Virus record (IMG/VR): IMGVR_UViG_3300032324_000909
Span: 1-64,000 of that record
Length of the DNA stretch: 64,000 nt
Direction: 5' to 3' (one strand)
DNA from: a virus
Taxonomy: Duplodnaviria > Caudoviricetes
The notes beneath the pieces are model-generated. The model was not told the DNA's origin. It saw only the letters and a list, made by a program, of their open reading frames with translations, and did not search any database. The number at the start of each line of letters is the position of its first letter. The first letter of the stretch is position 1. Shown here one piece after another: positions 1 through 9,544 of this stretch. The position numbers were made by a program, and so were the translations under genes.

Positions 1-891
1 CAGCGTGGACAGGGAAAAACCATGTTGGCTACACAGGTGGCAAAGAACCTACGTAGCAAGACTCTAGGGCGTGTTAAACCCATGCTCACGATCAACTGCT
101 CTACGCTCAAGAACGTTCGCCAGTTTGTCGAGGACATTGCCCTGACCTACATCAGAGACCAGCACATCACGGTTTTCTTTGACGAGGCGCACGAGATGCC
201 GGAACCAGTTCAGACTTGCCTACTAACAGTTCTTAATCCTAATAAGTATAATAGAAATACTCTTAGGTTTGATGACTATAATATAGAATTTGATTTTACC
301 AAGGTGAGTTTTATATTTGCTACTACAGATCCACAGAAGGTCATTACGCCGCTAAAGGATAGGTGCAAGATGATCCACATGGAAGAGTATAACTATGACG
401 ATTTGGCAAAGATTGTCGAGCACAATTCGGATGAGCTTACTTATAGTCCAGAAGTTCTCAAGGAGATTAGTTCTACTTGCCGTGGTAATGCCAGAAATGC
501 AACCCTAATGGCAAAAGATAATCTTACTCAATTTGCCAAGCGGCACAATTTGAATGACATTGGTCGTAAAGAGTGGGAAGACGTAAAGTGCGTCCTCGGT
601 ATCCTGCCGCTAGGACTAGAGAATACTGAACTACAGGTATTGAGAATACTCAAGGATCGTGGCACTTGCTCGCTCACAAATTTGAGTGCGGTTACTGGGC
701 TTTCAGCAAATGCGATCCGTAGCGAGTTTGAGCTTTACCTTCTCAAGCATGGCCTAATGGAGGTTGCACAAGGTGGTAGAAAGATTACCCAACATGGTTT
801 GAACTATCTCAAGCAACTGGACGGATTGTGCCCACAAAACGACCAGAAAGAGTTGACTGCGCTAGCAGATGGTGTTACGATAGTGGGTTAA
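1..891 (+). CDS. ruvB: RuvB-like AAA+ Holliday junction branch-migration ATPase (5' truncated by window)
   Basis: Frame open from base 1 with Walker A QRGQGKT; Walker B FFDEAH; FIFATT...PLKDRC; CRGNAR; C-terminal winged helix ELYLLKHGLMEVAQGGRKIT. Confidence 0.8.
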   Translation, partial: QRGQGKTMLATQVAKNLRSKTLGRVKPMLTINCSTLKNVRQFVEDIALTYIRDQHITVFFDEAHEMPEPVQTCLLTVLNPNKYNRNTLRFDDYNIEFDFTKVSFIFATTDPQKVITPLKDRCKMIHMEEYNYDDLAKIVEHNSDELTYSPEVLKEISSTCRGNARNATLMAKDNLTQFAKRHNLNDIGRKEWEDVKCVLGILPLGLENTELQVLRILKDRGTCSLTNLSAVTGLSANAIRSEFELYLLKHGLMEVAQGGRKITQHGLNYLKQLDGLCPQNDQKELTALADGVTIVG

Positions 892-1016
892 TACTATGTT
901 GAAAAATGAAAACGCAGACACGATAACATTCAATTTCTTTATGTTGATAATAAATAGCATACTAGTCTATATTGCATTAAAGAAGAAATCAAATCCTTAA
1001 ATAAACAAAAACAAAA

Positions 1017-1199
1017 ATGAGATACTATAAAGTAATACTGGAAAATGGTGAGGAATATTATCATGAAAGCAAGCGGCCACTTGATGAGCCAGACCTTATC
1101 AAGGCGATGCTTGAAGAGGCAACGCTATCTCCTGCCGAGACCGACGACATCGAGATGATCGAAGAGATCGACGAGGAAGAGTATGCCGAGTGTGTCTAG
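1017..1199 (+). CDS. small acidic hypothetical protein
   Basis: 60-aa ORF with A-rich leader, in operon context. Confidence 0.6.
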   Translation: MRYYKVILENGEEYYHESKRPLDEPDLIKAMLEEATLSPAETDDIEMIEEIDEEEYAECV

Positions 1200-1200
1200 T

Positions 1201-1413
1201 ATGAAACAAACCTACTACACAATCGAGGTCTACAATCGCAGGAAGTGGTCAGACAAATACTCCTGCACCTACAGCACCCGCGAAGAGGCGGAAGAGAGGG
1301 CAAGAGAGTTTCACAAGCAAGACGAACACTATCTGAATGGCCATGCGGATCCTATCCACACTTGCTATCGTATCAAGGAAACAACTGAAGAAGTTACAAT
1401 ACACGAATTATAA
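1201..1413 (+). CDS. hypothetical protein
   Basis: ATG 1 nt after the upstream stop (start re-called to MKQTYY). Confidence 0.6.
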   Translation: MKQTYYTIEVYNRRKWSDKYSCTYSTREEAEERAREFHKQDEHYLNGHADPIHTCYRIKETTEEVTIHEL

Positions 1414-1509
1414 ACTGATTGGGTAGAGAGAGGTGAAAGACAATCATACTACAATAATAATTAAAACAAGTTCTTGACTAGAGTTCTATAATTGTATTAC
1501 TATAAATCA

Positions 1510-1833
1510 ATGAATCAAATCACTCCCTTGCTTGACGAGGTTTTTCATAGCCTAGAAACCCTTGGCGCAAACTTCGCTACCGCCCACTTCCATACTATCC
1601 ATAACGATAGTGTAGAATGGGTCATATCCATCATCAAGTATAACGATCTTGACGAAGAGGATACCGAGCAGGAATCGTTTCACGGAACCGAGCAGTCCGT
1701 CACCCTAGAGGGAAACATGGAAACAATCGCAGAGCATTTGCTTTCTAATTATCCCTTGGAGAATATAAAGTGGGGTCATTTCAATTTCCACTATAACAGC
1801 AAATCAATAACAAGTTCAGTAGAGTTCAAATAA
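1510..1833 (+). CDS. hypothetical protein, leaderless
   Basis: TTGACT-N18-TACTAT-N6-ATG at 1510. Confidence 0.6.
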   Translation: MNQITPLLDEVFHSLETLGANFATAHFHTIHNDSVEWVISIIKYNDLDEEDTEQESFHGTEQSVTLEGNMETIAEHLLSNYPLENIKWGHFNFHYNSKSITSSVEFK

Positions 1834-1846
1834 ACCAACAAAACAA

Positions 1847-2440
1847 ATGCCTAACCATTGCACCAACCTACTTTCCTGCACTAGCGGAAAGACTATCGGA
1901 GAGATCATCAAGCCCTATCTTACTAATGATGGTAAGAGCATCGACTTTAACAAGATCATTCCTATGCCAGAGGGAATCTATAAGACTACCCTAGAAGGAT
2001 CTTTCAAGATTAGAAACAAAGAAGATGAGGAGGCGTGGCAAAAGGAACAAGAGGAACTTTCCTTACAGAACGTAAAGGATTACGGATATTCTAATTGGTA
2101 TAATTGGAGTGTGGCTAATTGGGATACAAAATGGAATGCCTACTCTTGTTATACCTTTGAGGACGATACCCTTGCCCTTCAAGATATTCATGACATTGGT
2201 TTCCAGACTGCATGGAGTCCCCCTATCAATGTCGTTCGTCAGCTTGCCAAACTTACCGGAGAGTCCCTACGCATGAGCTATTACGACGAGGGGTGGATGT
2301 TCGGCGGCGAATACATTGTCGATGCCGATGGTTCCGAATCCGACAACTGCTACCAAGACATCGACGATTGTCCAGAACACCTCAAGGAAGAGCTGGACGC
2401 TCAGTATTTCCTAGATTGTAGGGATGAAGAGGAAGAATAA
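1847..2440 (+). CDS. DUF1281/YubB ferredoxin-like domain protein
   Basis: MPNHCTN, DFNKIIPMP, WYNWSVANWDTKWNA and FQTAWSPP motifs. Confidence 0.75.
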   Translation: MPNHCTNLLSCTSGKTIGEIIKPYLTNDGKSIDFNKIIPMPEGIYKTTLEGSFKIRNKEDEEAWQKEQEELSLQNVKDYGYSNWYNWSVANWDTKWNAYSCYTFEDDTLALQDIHDIGFQTAWSPPINVVRQLAKLTGESLRMSYYDEGWMFGGEYIVDADGSESDNCYQDIDDCPEHLKEELDAQYFLDCRDEEEE

Positions 2441-2488
2441 GATTAAAATACTATTGACTAAGAAATAAAAATTATACATTATAGATAT

Positions 2489-2689
2489 ATGAAGAAAAAC
2501 AAGACAAACACCAAACTAAAGAACGGCGGTATTTACGACTATTGTGGTAAGATCGTCCGACTCCGCCAGCGTGTTGGCGCAATCGTTACACTTCGTGAGC
2601 CTCACGGCGCGATCTTCTTGGGTCGGGCAGACCTTCTGAAGCGTGTTGGTAAGACCAAGGTCGAGCGTTTCGTCGCCAAGTGTTCCTAA
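2489..2689 (+). CDS. small basic hypothetical protein, leaderless
   Basis: TTGACT-N17-CATTAT-N6-ATG. Confidence 0.6.
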   Translation: MKKNKTNTKLKNGGIYDYCGKIVRLRQRVGAIVTLREPHGAIFLGRADLLKRVGKTKVERFVAKCS

Positions 2690-2697
2690 AATAAACT

Positions 2698-2958
2698 ATG
2701 GCAAACTCTAAGCACGTAGAGGAAATCTTAGACACGTTAAGGTCACACACCCTGATCGCTTGCACCAGCGGCGACACGGAAATCGGTATAATCGGAGTAG
2801 ATACTTATCCAGAGGAAACAAATAACATTATTCTTCTGAGTAATGGTAAGAAAATTACTTCTGATGATTTAGAGTTTGCTGATTTAGTAATAGGCGAGAG
2901 CGAAATAAAAATCTTATTGGGCAATTACATTTTTCACCTGCAAAGGCGAAACAGCTAG
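2698..2958 (+). CDS. hypothetical protein
   Basis: 86-aa ORF following the previous gene. Confidence 0.55.
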   Translation: MANSKHVEEILDTLRSHTLIACTSGDTEIGIIGVDTYPEETNNIILLSNGKKITSDDLEFADLVIGESEIKILLGNYIFHLQRRNS

Positions 2959-3180
2959 TCCGAAATAGCGAAATACACCGATCTAAATAAAACCTAGGTC
3001 GGTTGTATGCTATAATAAAATATGATGGTAAGTATTGTAAATATAGGATTCTAGTTGTAATAAATAAATGATCGACATTATATACTACTTACTGGAAAAA
3101 ATATTCGTATTTACCATCTTTATTTTTGCTTTATACTTATTATATAAGGGATTAGTGGATGGCCCAAGAGACAGATAGTT

Positions 3181-3258
3181 GTAAGTAACTGGGTATTAAA
3201 CACTTGCGCGAGCCGGGCTGGGCCCGGCGTCATAAGTTGCTATGGGTGAGGGGTTTAG
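3181..3258 (+). repeat. composite intergenic element R1 (core 3212-3228, dyads on both sides)
   Basis: GCCGGGC-TGG-GCCCGGC; left dyad GTAAGT..ACTTGC 3181-3207; degenerate right dyad 3232-3258. Confidence 0.8.
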
Positions 3259-3340
3259 GTAAATTGTAAAAATCCGCAGAAAGTTCTTGTGCATGGAATC
3301 AAGAAAGTCTATTATGAAGGCTCACACAATACCAAACACC

Positions 3341-5581
3341 ATGATACAAAACACCTCATACAACTCGCTCAACTCTGCTGGAATCAAGTCTGCCGTTAGC
3401 TTCGGCATCAAAGATACTGGTCTGGCGCATATCTTCAATGTTCTTCGGAACCAACTCTACACCGACAAGATCGGTGCTGTCGTGCGCGAATACTCTGCCA
3501 ACGCTTACGATGCCAATGTTGAAGCTGGCAAGCCTAATTGCCCTATTACTATCACCATGCCTAGCAAGCTGTCCAAGGTTTTCAAGATCAGGGATTTTGG
3601 TCGTGGCCTTTCAGAGCAGGACATTCAAGACATCTACTGCTTCTATGGTGAAAGCACGAAACGCCAGAGTAACGCATTTATCGGTCAACTTGGACTAGGT
3701 TCAAAGAGTGCGTTCGCCTATGGTGACAACTTTGTTATCAATTCCTTTACGGATGGCAAGGTTCGTTCTTACAATGCGTTTATTGATCCTAGCGGAATCG
3801 GTCAGATTGCCCTTCTGTCCACGCAGGACACCACAGATGAGAATGGTGTAGAGATCGTTATTCCAGTTAAGGGTGAGGATGCAAATTACTTCACGGGTGC
3901 TGTCAAGCGTTACCTCCGTTTCTTCAAGGTTCGCCCGAACATTGTAGGCGTGGACAAGGGTGAGTATGATAAGGTTTTTGCCAAGCCGATTTCCGTAGGT
4001 GCTGGCTGGGCTTTCTATGATAATCGTGAAGATCATCGCCCAATGGCAGTTATGGGCAACATCGCCTATCCGATTGACAGAAGTGCATTGAAGTTCATTT
4101 CTGGTAACGATGCAGATACGCAGATTAGTTATCTGTTCAATAGTGCTATCGTTATTGATTTTAACATTGGAGACTTGGATGTTGCGGCAAGCCGCGAGGG
4201 TCTGCAATACACCGATAGGACGATTGCGAACATCAAGAGCAAGGCAGGAGAGATTATCAAGACGCTTGTTACTGATATTCAAAAGCAGATCACGCAAAAC
4301 GCAAAGAGCGAGTATGCGGCGAAAAAGTTTATGTCCGAGATGGATAACCTTGTTAGCGGTTTCCATTATATCCGACAGATCGTTAAAAAGATTACCTTTA
4401 ACGGCAAGATTGTTACCTCTGATAATGTCGATACTACCCGAAAGAGTGCGGATCGTAGCTTGCGCTTTCATGTCATGCGCTATCGCAAGAATTGGAACGG
4501 CAATGTTCAGACTACCAACCTTAACGAGTTTGGGGCTAGGCATGACATTCAATTAGTTTTTAATGACCTTGGACATTACAACGCTGGTGCAAAGTATGGT
4601 CGTTACCTTGCTTCGCAGTCTGGTGATCGTGAGACTATTTATCTGTTCACGATTCAGCGTATGGAAGTTGTCAATGGCGCGGAAGTGCTGAAGGCTCTCA
4701 AGCCAGAGCAGTATGCGACCTACGCACAACAGATTGCGGAACTAAAAGAGGCAAATGGTTTCTGTGATGAGGATTTTATCTTCGCCTCGCAGATCAGCAT
4801 TCCCGTTAATGCAGTTGGAATAACCACCCCCAAATCAAAGCGTGTCGGTGCTTTGGTTCTTGATCCTAAAAATGCTAATTCTTGGAAGAATCGTAACGCT
4901 TGGAAGGATTGTGTTGTGGATGAGAAGAACGGCAACGGAATCTATGTCCAGATCAATAATTTCCATGCGGTCATAAATGGCGGCGATAAGATGGTAGGTA
5001 GTTTACTTCTTGATCTAGTTCAGCCTTTCAAGAACATTGATCCTGCAAACATCGTTGGCTTTACTAGCACACAACTCAAGAAAAAGATGGGTAGCGGATG
5101 GGTTCGCCTTGAGGACAAGATGCAAGAAGAGTTTGACGCTTTTATCTCTGCAAACAAAATCGACATTGATCTTTTGCTTGCAAATCGTTTAGGCAATACC
5201 ATGTTGCGCGACTCTTTCTTCTATCGTCTCCAAGACAAGAAGCATCAAGACTTGCTCATGTCACTTATCAAGAGCGACGATGATCGTGCAACTCTTCGTG
5301 ACCTGTTCGCTTGTGTTAATTCTCACAACAACGATGCAAACTCAAAGTCGAAAGAGCAAATTGCCCTTATGCTTATCAGTAAGATCGAAAGGCTTGACAT
5401 CGCCGCAGGAAACGCTTCGGGTAAAAACGAGAAGGCAGTTAAGATTGCAGAGGAAGTTGTGAATCGTGCGAAAGCCTTGCAGAAAAAGTTTCCTCTCCTC
5501 TCCTATATTGAGGAACGCAATATGCGCTGGGGCTTTAGTGCAGATTTTGCCAAGGTGCTTTCGGACTACATGAACGCATAA
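3341..5581 (+). CDS. rIIA: rIIA-like protein (GHKL/HATPase N-terminal domain)
   Basis: LYTDKIGAVVREYSANAYDA, IRDFGRGLS, STKRQSN, GQLGLGSKSAFAY; next to rIIB; promoter TTGTGC-N17-TATTAT upstream. Confidence 0.85.
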   Translation: MIQNTSYNSLNSAGIKSAVSFGIKDTGLAHIFNVLRNQLYTDKIGAVVREYSANAYDANVEAGKPNCPITITMPSKLSKVFKIRDFGRGLSEQDIQDIYCFYGESTKRQSNAFIGQLGLGSKSAFAYGDNFVINSFTDGKVRSYNAFIDPSGIGQIALLSTQDTTDENGVEIVIPVKGEDANYFTGAVKRYLRFFKVRPNIVGVDKGEYDKVFAKPISVGAGWAFYDNREDHRPMAVMGNIAYPIDRSALKFISGNDADTQISYLFNSAIVIDFNIGDLDVAASREGLQYTDRTIANIKSKAGEIIKTLVTDIQKQITQNAKSEYAAKKFMSEMDNLVSGFHYIRQIVKKITFNGKIVTSDNVDTTRKSADRSLRFHVMRYRKNWNGNVQTTNLNEFGARHDIQLVFNDLGHYNAGAKYGRYLASQSGDRETIYLFTIQRMEVVNGAEVLKALKPEQYATYAQQIAELKEANGFCDEDFIFASQISIPVNAVGITTPKSKRVGALVLDPKNANSWKNRNAWKDCVVDEKNGNGIYVQINNFHAVINGGDKMVGSLLLDLVQPFKNIDPANIVGFTSTQLKKKMGSGWVRLEDKMQEEFDAFISANKIDIDLLLANRLGNTMLRDSFFYRLQDKKHQDLLMSLIKSDDDRATLRDLFACVNSHNNDANSKSKEQIALMLISKIERLDIAAGNASGKNEKAVKIAEEVVNRAKALQKKFPLLSYIEERNMRWGFSADFAKVLSDYMNA

Positions 5582-5603
5582 AGATTGTTGTGGTGAGGGA
5601 AAC

Positions 5604-5645
5604 GGGGGCGAGGCTATGTGGTGTGGCCTCGCTCCTAACCTTTTT
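5604..5645 (+). terminator. intrinsic terminator
   Basis: GCGAGGC...GCCTCGC hairpin followed by T-tract. Confidence 0.6.
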
Positions 5646-5684
5646 AATACCAGACAGAAACGCCACGATTTTTAGTAACTAACA

Positions 5685-5731
5685 TCCGGGCGGGGCCCGG
5701 CGCTGCAAGTGCCTGATAACCAGTGGTTTGT
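5685..5731 (+). repeat. composite element R2
   Basis: tCCGGGC-GGG-GCCCGGC-gct-GCAAGT gcc TGA taa CCA gtg GTTTGT. Confidence 0.8.
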
Positions 5732-5798
5732 GACTATTCGATTTTTATTCAAAAAAATGCTTGTGGGGCTATACAAGAAAATGTATGATGAAGGAGTT

Positions 5799-6665
5799 AT
5801 GAACATCCCATACATCCTAACCGATAACTCACTAACCGCAATCCTCAACGGAACTCCTTACACGATTCAAAGTTCCCACGAGAATTGGGCAAATGTTATC
5901 GAGGCAGTCAAGCAGGGAGTCAGCGAAGATGAACTCCTTGATCTCATCGACACCGCAAGTGTAGTCTCCGATTGGTCGGAGGGTAGTGTCGAAGTCGTAG
6001 ATGGTCATGTCTACTTCAATGGTGAAGTCGTGCATGGAACTATTGTGGACAAGATTTTGGCCTTTATCAAGGAAGGAATCTCTCCTACTCCTTTGGTCAA
6101 GTTCCTTACCCGTCTGATGCAGAACCCTAGTCGCCGTAGCGTAACGGAACTCTATTCGTTCCTTGAGCATGGCAATATGCCTATCACGCCTGATGGCTAT
6201 TTCCTCGGCTATAAGAGCGTTCGCTCGGATTGGACTGACCATCACACGGGCAAGTTCTCTAACAAGGTCGGAGAGATTCTTGAGATGTCCCGTAACTCGG
6301 TTTGCGATGACGCTAATCTTGGTTGCAGTTATGGCTTCCATGTTGGTTCGCTTGAGTATGCGACCACCTTTGGAGGTAGCGACCGCAAGGTTGTGATCGT
6401 TAAGGTTGACCCTGCCGATGTTGTTTCGGTTCCTCACGACTGCGACTTCCAGAAGATGAGGACTTCTCGTTATGAGGTTGTCGGAGTGTTTGACGCTCCG
6501 CTTCCTAACGGCTACTACGATGGCTACGAGGACGAAGACGAGGACGATGGTTACGAAGAGGAATACAGCGACTACGATGGCGAGGTCTACGGACGCAAGC
6601 CTAATGGTGATCGCTTTCACAATGTGCGCGACTCCAAGGGAAGGTTTGTTGCGAAGAGGGCTTAA
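5799..6665 (+). CDS. rIIB: rIIB-like protein
   Basis: LYSFL..ITPDGYFLGYKSV, CSYGFHVG, VKVDPADVVSVP; start re-called after TTGTGG-N17-TATGAT. Confidence 0.85.
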   Translation: MNIPYILTDNSLTAILNGTPYTIQSSHENWANVIEAVKQGVSEDELLDLIDTASVVSDWSEGSVEVVDGHVYFNGEVVHGTIVDKILAFIKEGISPTPLVKFLTRLMQNPSRRSVTELYSFLEHGNMPITPDGYFLGYKSVRSDWTDHHTGKFSNKVGEILEMSRNSVCDDANLGCSYGFHVGSLEYATTFGGSDRKVVIVKVDPADVVSVPHDCDFQKMRTSRYEVVGVFDAPLPNGYYDGYEDEDEDDGYEEEYSDYDGEVYGRKPNGDRFHNVRDSKGRFVAKRA

Positions 6666-6682
6666 GAGGTAGGGGGAAACAG

Positions 6683-6722
6683 AAGTCGTCCCTAGTGTAA
6701 AAGCTAGGGGCGATTTTCTTTT
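6683..6722 (+). terminator. intrinsic terminator
   Basis: GTCGTCCCTAG/CTAGGGGCGAT stem plus T-tract. Confidence 0.7.
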
Positions 6723-6733
6723 GAAAGATTTTA

Positions 6734-6807
6734 CGGAGTGTAGCACAGCTTGGTAGTGCGCTTGCTTTGGGAGCAAGAAGTCGCAGGTTCGAATCCTGTC
6801 ACTCCGA
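6734..6807 (+). tRNA. tRNA-Pro(UGG)
   Basis: Cloverleaf; anticodon arm CTTGC-TTTGGGA-GCAAG; no encoded CCA. Confidence 0.9.
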
Positions 6808-6882
6808 AACCCTTCAATATCAATAGGTTACAACAGCCCGGCGGAGCCCGGCGCCGTAAGTCGTTCATTATCAATCATTTAT
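6805..6882 (+). repeat. composite element R3 (dyads on both sides, abuts tRNA-Pro 3' end)
   Basis: core GCCCGGC-GGA-GCCCGGC 6836-6852; dyads 6805-6831 and 6856-6882. Confidence 0.85.
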
Positions 6883-7012
6883 ACATATAAAGAATATGTC
6901 GATGCCGTAGACATGTTCTCGGAACGTGTCGATAAAACGCCAAAACGTGTACATGAACAAATTGTAAAAATACTTCTTGCCACTCTGCCCAACTAGTCAT
7001 ATAGTGAAGGTC

Positions 7013-7261
7013 ATGAAAACTCCCAAACCCAAACGTTTCTTCTACCACTATAATAAACCAGCGTCGCGCGCGCTGGGTAAAAATGTCATCACTATTCATT
7101 GGGAAGGCGCTTGCCATCTTGTTAATAAAATTAAAACAATTGGAATTGATGTCGAGAGCCATGACCAGAAGCGGCAGCCACGATGCATTATGCGAGGCCA
7201 CGCAACCAGCGTAATCTTTGCGCACAACGAAGACGGAACGAAAACCGGAATCATTTCATGA
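7013..7261 (+). CDS. hypothetical protein, leaderless
   Basis: TTGCCA-N17-TATAGT-N7-ATG. Confidence 0.65.
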   Translation: MKTPKPKRFFYHYNKPASRALGKNVITIHWEGACHLVNKIKTIGIDVESHDQKRQPRCIMRGHATSVIFAHNEDGTKTGIIS

Positions 7262-7461
7262 GACCACCCGTACTATCGCGCAAGGGTGTCACTGAAGACA
7301 TGCGTTTCTATTGCAAGGATTGCGATCACACCTATTGTGGTGATCAAGTACTGGATGGAAGTTTGGACTTGTTTATTATTCGTGAAGATAGGGCTAACCC
7401 AATGAATTCAACCTTTCGCTGCCATCTTTGCCAAGAAGATGTTGACGATTACTACAATTAA
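7258..7461 (+). CDS. small CxxC/CxxC zinc-binding protein
   Basis: ATGA overlap with upstream gene; CKDC...CHLC. Confidence 0.6.
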   Translation: MRPPVLSRKGVTEDMRFYCKDCDHTYCGDQVLDGSLDLFIIREDRANPMNSTFRCHLCQEDVDDYYN

Positions 7462-7476
7462 TTATAAACTAAAACT

Positions 7477-7971
7477 ATGGGCCAATACTACTACATCGTC
7501 AACCTAGACAAGAAACAATACCTAGACCCTCATGCTTTCGGGCACGGGATGAAGCTTCTTGAGTTCAGCTGTTCTCAGGGTGGAACTAATACCGCCTTAG
7601 CATGTCTGCTTGCTAACAGCAACGGACGTGGTGGTGGAGATCTACATTCTGAAAACCCTATCGTCGGAAGCTGGGCAGGAGATAGGATTGTTGTCGCTGG
7701 TGACTATGCAGAGATTGGAGACCGTGGCGAACTAGACGACAATGAAAATCTATACGGTAAATGCAGTAAAGGAACGTTTGAAAATATTTCTTATAAAATT
7801 ATGGTTGCTCTTGCAGATGACGCTTATATATACGAGGAGCTAGAAGCTACTGCTGTATCCTACAAGGAATGGAATGACGAACATGCAGATCGTATATTGT
7901 GTGCCCTCGCTGAATCCCAAACCGCAATTAGGAAAGAAGAAGCTAGACAGGATAATAAAGTTTCTGTGTAA
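7477..7971 (+). CDS. conserved phage hypothetical protein
   Basis: MGQYYYIVNLDKKQYL...GSWAGDRIV motif. Confidence 0.7.
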   Translation: MGQYYYIVNLDKKQYLDPHAFGHGMKLLEFSCSQGGTNTALACLLANSNGRGGGDLHSENPIVGSWAGDRIVVAGDYAEIGDRGELDDNENLYGKCSKGTFENISYKIMVALADDAYIYEELEATAVSYKEWNDEHADRILCALAESQTAIRKEEARQDNKVSV

Positions 7972-7981
7972 TGATTATAGT

Positions 7982-8076
7982 GGTGGGTTAGTGTAATTGG
8001 ATAGCACCGACAGACTTATAATCTGTGTTCCCTAGATGAGGGACGAGCATGGGTTCGATTCCCATACCCACTTCCA
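7982..8076 (+). tRNA. atypical tRNA, anticodon UAU (nominal Ile), long variable arm
   Basis: GGTGGGT/ACCCACT acceptor, ACAGA-CTTATAA-TCTGT, TCCCT/AGGGA V-arm, T-arm ATGGG-TTCGATT-CCCAT, U73, CCA. Confidence 0.8.
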
Positions 8077-8096
8077 AATTAAAACAAAATAAAAAT

Positions 8097-8276
8097 ATGC
8101 ACGTTTGGCCTAATCTATCTATATTCAAAGCAAATAATAAAACACGCAAGTTCACCGCTAATCGCCCAAAGGGTTTAAAGGACGAGGAATGGCAGGCGAT
8201 GATTGCGGAGTATCGTCTAAATAGGCAGTTGATGACAAATACTGTCCCCAAACTTTCCCGTAAGGAAACCAAATAA
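8097..8276 (+). CDS. small basic hypothetical protein
   Basis: A-rich leader, ATG 8097, lies between tRNAs. Confidence 0.5.
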   Translation: MHVWPNLSIFKANNKTRKFTANRPKGLKDEEWQAMIAEYRLNRQLMTNTVPKLSRKETK

Positions 8277-8282
8277 TTTTAA

Positions 8283-8355
8283 TGCCAAGTAGCTCAGCAG
8301 TAGTAGCGGGAAGCTGTTAACTTCTAGGTCGTAGGTTCGATCCCTACCTTGGCAG
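8283..8355 (+). tRNA. tRNA-Asn(GUU)
   Basis: TGCCAAG/CTTGGCA acceptor, loop CTGTTAA. Confidence 0.85.
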
Positions 8356-8400
8356 TAATTTGTTTGACACTCAAATAAAAAATCTTTATTATTCATCTAT

Positions 8401-8478
8401 GGCTGTGTAGTCCAACCAGGCAGAGACAAGCGACTTAAAATCGCTCAAGTGTCGGTTCGAATCCGACCACAGCTACCA
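8401..8478 (+). tRNA. tRNA-Leu(UAA), short variable loop
   Basis: AGCGA-CTTAAAA-TCGCT, CCA; promoter TTGACA-N17-TATTAT upstream. Confidence 0.85.
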
Positions 8479-8485
8479 ATTTCAT

Positions 8486-8561
8486 CCCCTTGTGGCTTAA
8501 TGGTTAAAGCGAACGGCTCATAACTGTGAGATTGCAGGTTCGAATCCTGCCGGGGGGACCA
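8486..8561 (+). tRNA. tRNA-CAU (probably Ile2/lysidine, or Met)
   Basis: loop CTCATAA, acceptor CCCCTTG/CGGGGGG, CCA. Confidence 0.8.
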
Positions 8562-8570
8562 ATTTAATAT

Positions 8571-8645
8571 GCGTCGTTCATTCAACGGATAGGATCAGAA
8601 ACTTCTAATTTCTCAATGCAGGTTCGATTCCTGCACGACGCACCA
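8571..8645 (+). tRNA. tRNA-Arg(UCU)
   Basis: AGAAA-CTTCTAA-TTTCT, CCA. Confidence 0.9.
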
Positions 8646-8651
8646 AATCTT

Positions 8652-8726
8652 GGGAGTGAAACTTTTAAGGTGAAGTATCGGTCTTTTAAACCGACTAAGA
8701 GGGTTCAAGTCCCTCCACTCCTACCA
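8652..8726 (+). tRNA. tRNA-Lys(UUU)
   Basis: TCGGT-CTTTTAA-ACCGA, CCA. Confidence 0.9.
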
Positions 8727-9219
8727 AATCTAGTCCGTTATGGTCAAACTCCCAATGATGATTGGGGCACAATAAAATTAAATTATCCTTATGATTAATA
8801 TCTGAAAGTTTTGCGTCATCTGGAAAATCTGAAATAGATTTTTTATGCGCTACTTCTGCGTGTGCATTATATCCACATATACTACAAATTTTAGGTACAT
8901 CCTTTAAAATTATCTTTCTAGCATGCCATCTTATATAGGCATAAGCCGCACCATGACTATGCTTTTCATAAACCATTTCATTTTTACTAGGGTTTCTATT
9001 ATAGAGTAAATTATCTTTTCTCTGTTGTTTGCATTCATGACAATAACAATGTCGTGGTAATTCTTTTTTGAGAAATTGTCTTTTACAGCTTTTGCATGTT
9101 CTAAATCCTGCAGTCCTTTTTGGGCTAGTTCTATTGTGGAAAGATGCCGAACAACTTTGAGAGCAAAACTTTTTTTGTTCTCGGCCTTTTAATTCTTGAT
9201 TGCAATTAAAACATTTCAT
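8695..9219 (-). CDS. HNH endonuclease with N-terminal Cys-rich zinc motifs
   Basis: CSICG..EVAHKK..NLILLCPNHHWEFD; antisense within the tRNA cluster. Confidence 0.85.
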   Translation of the reverse strand: MKCFNCNQELKGREQKKFCSQSCSASFHNRTSPKRTAGFRTCKSCKRQFLKKELPRHCYCHECKQQRKDNLLYNRNPSKNEMVYEKHSHGAAYAYIRWHARKIILKDVPKICSICGYNAHAEVAHKKSISDFPDDAKLSDINHKDNLILLCPNHHWEFDHNGLDLVGVEGLEPS

Positions 9220-9279
9220 ACAATATATTATACTGAATCGAAATACAAATCAATAAAAAAATACAAATTTCATTTTCGA

Positions 9280-9354
9280 GTCCTCATAGTGTAATGGTTA
9301 GCATACGGCTCTTTCACAGCCATGGTAGGGGTTCAAATCCCCTTGAGGATGCCA
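9280..9354 (+). tRNA. tRNA-Glu(UUC)
   Basis: loop CTTTCAC, acceptor GTCCTCA/TGAGGAT, CCA. Confidence 0.9.
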
Positions 9355-9360
9355 AATAAT

Positions 9361-9438
9361 GCGTCAGTGCCTGAGTAGCCCAAAGGAAGGGTCTGCAAAA
9401 CCCTAAAGCCGTAGGTGCAAATCCTACCTGACGCTCCA
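9361..9438 (+). tRNA. tRNA-Cys(GCA)
   Basis: AGGGT-CTGCAAA-ACCCT, U73, CCA. Confidence 0.9.
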
Positions 9439-9476
9439 TTTTTCTGGTATAATCCGGTATATATTCGGGTATAACA

Positions 9477-9523
9477 TCCGGGCGGGGCCGGGCGCTGTAA
9501 CCCGCTCACCACAAACGAGTTAC
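9477..9523 (+). repeat. composite element R4
   Basis: tCCGGGC-GGG-GCCGGGC-gct-GTAACC...AGTTAC. Confidence 0.85.
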
Positions 9524-9544
9524 AGCTTTTCCCCTTCCTGCTGA

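Noticed and set aside
3438-6776. Antisense and alternative-frame ORFs (e.g. 3701-4552, 5832-6776)
   Set aside because: Shadows of rIIA and rIIB
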